Part shown: positions 55,175 through 64,000 of the stretch, piece by piece | How positions within the stretch are numbered: position 1 is the stretch's first letter | Layout: every line of letters begins with the position of its first letter | Assembly (NCBI RefSeq): GCF_009914755.1 | Contig: NC_060928.1 | Length of the DNA: 64,000 nt | DNA from: the human T2T-CHM13v2.0 reference genome, Homo sapiens | Direction: 5' to 3' (one strand) | Notes under the pieces: generated by a model | What the model was told of the DNA's origin: nothing | What the model saw: only the letters and a program-made list of their open reading frames with translations | The model's database searches: none | Program-made: the position numbers and the translations under genes

Positions 55175-56398
55175 CTGTTTTAGAAAAAGAGGTAAAAGCA
55201 AACACATGATTGAAAAAAAAATATTCTCAGCACAAGAGAAGTACATTAAGGTAATATAATTTTCTGTTTAATTAAAGTTCTTTTTATTCTGGCTCATGTT
55301 ATTAATCCAATTATTTTAAAATTACATGACAATTCCAAAGAAATGAGGATAATAATCTTAAGTGTTGGAGACACATACAGAACTCAGAGTTACATTTCCG
55401 AAATGTCAAGTCTCACTGTTAGTCACAAATTCCTAAGAAGCTTAATTTAAATGTACCCTTTCATCCAGTGTATTTGCTAGAAAACTTTCTCAAAAGGAAT
55501 CAGAGAAAATTGCCTTCTAAACTTTTATCCTTTTCCTCCTAAAATGTTGAGTCTAGAGAAACTAATATTGCTAATTGAGGATTCAGTTTAAACAAGCTTT
55601 AAATGAACTAATGATTTTAATGTCTATGAATTTCATCATGTTAAATAAAACCTTTTTATTGCTAGAGTAGGGTATGGCATAAGAAAACATCACATAGTTT
55701 CTACCCTAATGATATGAGACATAACAATTCTTATGCTTTTAAGGAAGTTAGTATATCCTATAAGTCACAGATGCTGGCTTAGAATGCAGTTTAAAACACT
55801 TCTAACAAAGTTCTCATCAAACTGACTATCTGCCCAACTTTACATTGAAAACAGATCTAAAATTAAGCCTAAGTACTTAATACTGATAACTGTACTAATA
55901 ATATTTTATGGAATCCCTTCAAATGCGTAAAACTTTCCTCACCCAAATAAATACACAAGCTTCTTTATTATCATTAACAAAAGAGGAAGGCAAAATTGGT
56001 GTTCTAAAGTTATATAAGCTTACTATATTCAGGCGAACACTTCTTCCTTTTCCTATTTGTACCTGTGCAAAATCAGCTTGACTAAGAGTTCTTAGGTATT
56101 TATAAAGAAGCGAAAAATTATTATGTGTATGTAAAAAAGTACATTTTTCACTTATGAGAATTACGTTATTCACATTTTCATGTAACTTATGTAATATGCC
56201 AAAAATTACATATACAAAGTTACACATTTTAAAATATCATGTACATATTTAACCTTGAAAGCCAAGGTTTTTCTAATTGGTAAATAAAAATTTTTATCTA
56301 AAAAACACTCAATTTGGCTATCTTTTTAAAATTAAATTGACTTTTACATTCAGAACAATTTTCCACAAAACAATACTTTACAATTGCTTCATTTGTAC

Positions 56399-56504
56399 CT
56401 GGAGATGCTGCTTGATAAATAATCTTGTCACCTTCTCGCTCTGGCACTGCTGTGTGACAGACTGCCATCATTGTAAGAAATTCACATATTATAGGTGCAG
56501 TTGG
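56399..56504 (-). CDS. ATP8A1: ATP8A1 coding exon, 106 nt, [35 protein letters not shown](D)
   Basis: tcacag|CCA acceptor, CAG|gtacaa donor; carries the P4-ATPase CHT and YQAASPDE motifs. Confidence 0.96.
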
Positions 56505-56599
56505 CTGTGAAAAATAAACACATAATTTAAGCCCTTCTCATGTGAACATTTTGACACTGACAGTAATATTACTTCATGTCTATTAAGAACATAGTTGTT

Positions 56600-56921
56600 G
56601 GCCAGACATGGTAGCTCACACCTGTAATCCCAGCACTTTGGGAGGCCGAGGCGGGTGGATCGCCTAAGGTCAGGAGTTTGAGACCAGCCTGGTGAAACCC
56701 CGTCTCTACTGAAAATACAAAAACTGGCCAGGCGTGGTGGCAGGCGCCTGTAATGCCAGCTATTCGGGAAGCTGAGTCAGGAGAATCGCTTGAACCCGGG
56801 AGGCGGGAGGCGGAGGTTGCAGTGAGCTGAGATTGCAACATTGTACTCTAGCCAGGACAAGAGAGTGAGACTCCGTCTCAAAACAAAACAAAACAAACAA
56901 GATAAACAAACAAAACCCCAT
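56600..56921 (+). mobile_element. AluS
   Basis: Dimeric Alu; TSD aa(g/a)aacatag(t/c)tgtt at 56585 and 56922. Confidence 0.94.
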
Positions 56922-57294
56922 AAAAACATAGCTGTTATACACTGGGGGTGTGGGATTATAGCCAACTAAGAAGCCAACATCAATTATAAAGAAAATGTGT
57001 TTTTTAATTCAAATTATTTTTCTACTCTTTCATTCCTTTTCTAAACATTTATACAAGACAACTTGGTGTTGTCAAATAGAAATAGTATAGTGAGAAAGGC
57101 AGATGTAGCTGAATCTTGTCGTTGGAGGACAGGATAAAAATTCGAAGATGTTCATTTACCTAGTTGTAATTCCTGATCAGATTTAAATTTTAGGCATGCA
57201 ATCTTACTGCACTGGGGTTATACTTTGCGTTGGGGTGATAATGATTGAGGATTTTTCTATAATGCTTTGTCTTTCCTCTCCAAAAATGGTAACT

Positions 57295-58560
57295 TTATTC
57301 ATATTTTAATGAATCAAAAAATTATGAACAACTCCTATGTCCAGGGGACTCTTACAGCCTGAGAAGACAGAAGGGTGTATCCTTTCTGCACGGAGCTTAG
57401 GGTTTATAGGAGAGAAGCCAGATATTTTAAATTACATATCTTCCTGTCTGGCTCTCAATAAAGAGAAATGTCATTCAATTTAATAAAGGAAAAACATTTC
57501 TCTATGCTCTTGGGCAAAAAAAAAATAATAATGTGAAGTGACTAGGGAGATACATCAGAACATTATTTGAAAAAACTGTGTTCAAGCTAGAACAGTGGAC
57601 TAAACAGACATGGTCCCTGCCATGTGAAGCTTGGCGTTGTGGGGAAGACCGAACACAAATAAATATACACGTATTGTTTACTTATAGGAAGACAAGCACT
57701 GTAAAGAAGGGAATATGCAAATATCATGTAATGTGACTTGAGCGAGTCTGTGGTTATTCTCAAGATAATGTAATATTTGAGCTGATGAAGTTTTAGCCTC
57801 ATGAAGAATTGAGCAAAGTGCTTTCCATCAAGCAGGAAAGGTCGTAAAGAAGGAAAAAAACGATGTGTTTTAGAAAATAAAAGGCAGCCAGTGGGATGAG
57901 GAGAAAGGAGCTCAAAGTGAGGGTGACAGCTTAGGCAGGGGCCAGATCATGTTACTTTATGAGTGAAGAGAGAACGCAGAGAATAGGCTTAAACAGGATA
58001 GTGAGGGGACTTGATTTCCATTTGCATTTTTCAGCTGTCATGGGCAACAATAACTGGAGAAGAGTAAAAATGGAACCCAGGAGACTGGCCAGGAGGCTAC
58101 CACAGGAATCCACAGAGTGGGTGCTGGCGGTCTGGACTGGGGTGGTGAAAATGAGGATTAACTGCAGCCGACACCCAAGATAGATTCTAGCAATCAGTGC
58201 CAACAAGGACTTGGTGACTCAGAGATCTGGACATGGAGAGAAAAGAAGGCATCAAAGACAACCCTCTAATTCCTAAGAAGAGTCACAAGATAGGTGATGG
58301 TATGATTTACTGAAAGCTGAGAATCCAAGAGGGAAGAGGTGGTCTAGGGCTAGGCTTTGTAGATCCTGAAGTTAATATTTTGTTGAAGGCTCGCGCAGAA
58401 AAGAGAGATACAAAAACACCCCTAGCAACATACTGATAGGGCCCCACTTGGGCAAAAGTGACAAGTCCACCTGTGCTAGAGAAGATGCATATTTGAGGGT
58501 AACAATCATGAGTTCAAGTTGGGACATACTGGGTTTGAAGTGGTTATGAGAAAAAGTTCC
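57295..58560 (-). mobile_element. L2 fragments
   Basis: 'acagacatggtccctgcc', 'aggggccagatcatg' and 'aggaggctac..cagga' are typical of antisense L2. Confidence 0.6.
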
Positions 58561-58614
58561 GGGGTTTAACTCCAGAAGACTCTATAACTTGATCTTATGA
58601 AAACTGAGTGTCAG

Positions 58615-59117
<503 letters not shown>

Positions 59118-59424
59118 GTCAGTAACTTCATAAGCAGGATTTTCACATTGGGTGGCAGAAGCCAGAGTTTCTATTGTATATTTAGCCTATGGTACTGAGC
59201 AGATAACTTATTTCTATAAGTTATTTCGATAACTTATTTCTAAAATTGTTAATATTGAATTGTATCACAGAAGGTTCAATAATCATTTAAAATGAAACAA
59301 TTTGAAAAGACAGAATATTGATGAATGATAATATTAAAATCAAATTAATAACCACCATGAATTAATGTTGGCCAAGTAAAAAGGATTTGGCATAGATTTT
59401 GATAATTATTAAAAATGATAATGA

Positions 59425-59741
59425 GGCCAGGCACGGTGACTCATGCCTATAATCCCAGCACTTTGGGAGGCTGAGGGGGTGGATCACCTGATGTCAGGAG
59501 TTTAAGACCAGCCTGACCAACATGGCGAAACCCTGTCTCTACTAAAATACAAAAATTAGCCGGGTGTGGTGGCGAGTGCCTGTAATCCCAGCTACTGGGG
59601 AGGCTGAGGCAGGAGAAATGGCTTGATTCTGGGAGGCAGAGGTTGCAGTGAGCCAAAATCACGCCATTGCACTCCAGCCCCAGCGACAGAGTGAGACTCT
59701 GTCTCAAATAACTAACTAACTAACTAAATAAATAAATAAAA
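59425..59741 (+). mobile_element. AluS
   Basis: Dimeric Alu with (TAAC)/(TAAA) tail. Confidence 0.94.
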
Positions 59742-59849
59742 GATCATGAAAGTAAAAAAAGAGAAACATGTAAACATAGAAGATAGTTCAGAGAAACATT
59801 CATTAGTTTTTATTCACTAACAAAAAGACAATGGTTTTATGTAACTTAC

Positions 59850-59922
59850 ATGATTATTTTGGAGATTTTCCAGCAATGATGAATCACTAAATGTTTTTTC
59901 ATCTCCAAACTGTGAGTTCTGC
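59850..59922 (-). CDS. ATP8A1: ATP8A1 internal coding exon, 73 nt, (W)QNSQFGDEKTFSDSSLLENLQNNH
   Basis: Minus-strand cccttcag|G acceptor and CAT|gtaagt donor; the translation matches the recalled ATP8A1 sequence and ends in phase 0, matching the next exon. Confidence 0.95.
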
Positions 59923-61642
59923 CTGAAGGGGGTAAAAAATAGAGTAAACCCAGTTCATTTATACCAGCCCACTGATCTATTTGTTAATGTACTTTATGAG
60001 TAAAGTGTTATGTCTCCAAACCCTCAATAAATTAAATGTAATTTGGCCTGCATTTCTAAGTAAGACATCACAGATTTCATGATTGTATCACAAAATATAT
60101 TCAAGCATTCTAAAATGTGAAAGATGTTTGCAGTGTAATGAAAAATAGTATTTTACAGTTCATTTTTTCTGGAGTTAAATTATATCGCAGCCACATAAAA
60201 TTTGTAAAAATATAAAACTAAAACTATTAAAACACCTGGAATTGAATTTCTTCCACTTCCATAATATTTTCAATTTTTAGGATTCTAAGAATTAACGAAA
60301 GCTATTATACAAAATATTCTTCTATTTGAGTCATGAGAAATCTTTATATGTAGTGATGAAAACCATATGAAATATAAGAACATGAATAAACCATTTACAG
60401 ATTATATCAACATCTATCATTAATATCTGAGCAAATATTTATAAACATATTACATTTGTTCTGTAAATATAAGAACAAATAATAAAAGTATGGAATTTTT
60501 GTGTTGTGGCTATCTTCAGATGAGCAAATGTATTATGTACTTCATACGATATAAATGGAGTCAATTATCTCTGCAAACTAGCTATCATTTATCTCACGGC
60601 CATACAATTTAACATAAAAATACTGAGATTCAAAGGAAAAACAAGGAACACAAGTGGGAATGTCAAAAGAAAAGGGTATAGTTTGCAAAATTTAGTGAAA
60701 ATATATACATTTGAGGTTTAGTGCACAGAAGAAAATTTCAGATTTCACTGAGGGAAAAAAATGTGTCCAATACTAAACAATTATAATCCAGAAAGCTTTT
60801 GATCACAACATTAACAGGTTACAAAGAGTATTATCAATGTCAACATGTCAGATATCAAGACTGTCATATTGTAAAGGCAGCAGCTTGACAGGACGGAAAA
60901 CTCTTTGAAGAAAACAGAATTTGAAAGGAGAGAACATACATAGTATCTTCAATGAAACACATTTCTCCAGTAAACTTAAGGAGGAAGTTAGAATGTTTAT
61001 AATGGAACACATATCTACATGTAGTAACTTGCTCTATTAAGTCTCCAAATCGTAAGAAAATACATCTTTATTAGCAGGTAGTAGTTTAGAATGATCAAAA
61101 TACCCTTGGGGGCCAAAGTGAACACGTCATCATCATCATTATCATTATTTCTCTAATTTTGAAGATGGAAGGAAAAAAATCTAAGAAAAAGATAGCATAT
61201 ATTTATCCTCCAAATATCACCATTAATTAAAAAGAGTTCATTACTTGGGGCTTTATGAAATTTTCCTATTAAAATATATTCATAAATGGTTTGTAGCTGT
61301 ACTTTTCTACTTGTTAAACAAATGTCAAGGAATATTCACAGTAACATCTTGCAAGAAGTCTATTTTCTTTCCAAAGAATTCCAGACTAAAAGCCATTTAA
61401 ATCTGAAGATATGCCTTATTAATCTCACCAATAATTCTTTCATTTTATAAATCAGTTACTATAATTGACTTAATTTTCAAACATATTTATATTTGAGTAG
61501 CTCTGGATATGCAATTGAAATATTTACATGGACATACCCCATTTTCCATTCAGTAATGAAAGTTCTGTCAGGGATAATGCTAAAGAACTCTTCTTCTAGA
61601 AAGTGACTTCCTTCCCAAGATAATTTAAAAAACCCCAAAACA

Positions 61643-61945
<303 letters not shown>

Positions 61946-62768
61946 CAGAAACAAAAACTAGAAACAACTCATCCTCTAATCAGACAGCCTGGGTTGGATA
62001 ACTCTGGCATGGAGCTTCCACCACTCCTCTCCAAAATTTTACAAAATATTTACTTTTAGTAAAAATAAACAGATAAAATTTGCAAGCTCATATCAGTTAA
62101 AAATAAGAACCATCACATTAAAAGTAAAAATAATAGGACTGTTAGTCAAACTTTCACAAATAAAAATGCAAGCCAACATCAACATTTGGTTACATCTTTG
62201 CCTAGTAATTTTTGAGTGTCACTTTGCTCCCAAGGAGACAATGACGTTATGGTATTTTGCAAGAAGCAATAAGGCAGGGAGTATCACAGTTAAGGTAAGG
62301 AGAACAGAGCAGGGAACCCACAATGTCATATAATTTGCAGCTTCTTTAGGCTGACTTAAAAGTTATGATACATTGTAACTACTCATTTTCTGATCAAACA
62401 AAAATGAAGAATCTCTATAGCAATAAAAATTAAAATATTCAAAGAATATATGGCTTAATCAGTATAGTTGTCCTTGCATATGACAGTATGTACTAAGACT
62501 TTTTTTTAAATTCAAAATTCATGTCAACAGGAGAGCCATCAGAGAAAAGGAAGAAAAGAGCTGAATCCATACTTTTCACCTTGTAAACCAAAATAAACTC
62601 CAGATGGATCAATGATTTTATAAATGTACTAAAGATATGTGAAACATTTTTTTAAAAAAAACTTAGGAATGGAAAAAGCTTAGGTATCATATATAATTCA
62701 GAAAACATAATATATAAATCTGACTACATAAATCTAAATATTTCTGCATAGCAAAAACTATGGCAACA

Positions 62769-63082
<314 letters not shown>

Positions 63083-63551
63083 AACTTCTGCAAGAAAAGT
63101 CAAAAGCTAAATGACAAACTGGGAAAAAATATTTCCAACTTATAAAGGCTAATTTCCATGGAATAAAAAGAATTACCAGAAATCAATTTACAAAAAGATC
63201 AACAATGTAGTACAACAATGAGCAAAGGATATAAACACACAATTCACAAGGAAGGAAATATAAATGGCTTTATATATACATTCAACTTTACCTCATAATG
63301 AGAGAGGTGAAATTTAAATGTATCATTGTGGCAAAAATAAAACTTGACAACTTTGTGCTGTTGTAATTGTAGGAAAATAGTAAAGCATGTATCATTGGTG
63401 AGAACATAAACTATACAAATTCTAAAAGAAAAGCAATTGGGCAAAATTTAAAATTTAAAATACTTTGATTCAGTAATTCCAGTTCTAGGAATTTATATTG
63501 TTTAACTGGTATAAAATACTATATGTACAAATTTATACTTTGCAGTACTTG

Positions 63552-63933
<382 letters not shown>

Positions 63934-64000
63934 TAGTGCTGCTTAAAAATACTGTGGTGCATTTACAAACAAAGGGAAGCTTTTTATGGAATATGAAAAA

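Noticed and set aside
59203-59241. loxP-like recombination site or CRISPR-like repeat
   Set aside because: Only the ATAACTT start resembles loxP; arm and spacer lengths are wrong, there are no spacers or cas genes, and the context is a eukaryotic intron.

Overview
Primate (most likely human) genomic DNA from inside the P4-ATPase phospholipid flippase gene ATP8A1, transcribed on the minus strand. Nine consecutive internal coding exons (73, 106, 83, 50, 70, 85, 140, 139 and 65 nt, 811 nt in total) have GT-AG borders and compatible phases. Together they encode the nucleotide-binding domain and part of the phosphorylation domain (EFTSARKRMS, KGA|D and TGDKQETA motifs); recalled numbering is roughly exons 16-24. 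The rest is intron dominated by repeats: about 19 Alus or Alu fragments, L1, L2, MIR, MaLR LTRs and hAT MITEs. A ~16 kb nested cluster (30234-46100) lies antisense to the gene: a 3'-truncated HERV-L provirus joined to an L1MA, which hosts a full-length L1PB, which in turn hosts an LTR7 solo LTR and an Alu. Most ORFs in the supplied track are repeat-derived or spurious. I see no convincing new protein-coding system. The most notable items are the nested embryonic-type LTR promoters, several locally templated duplications, and inverted repeat pairs around exons. Repeat subfamily names come from recall of consensus sequences and need RepeatMasker/Dfam confirmation.
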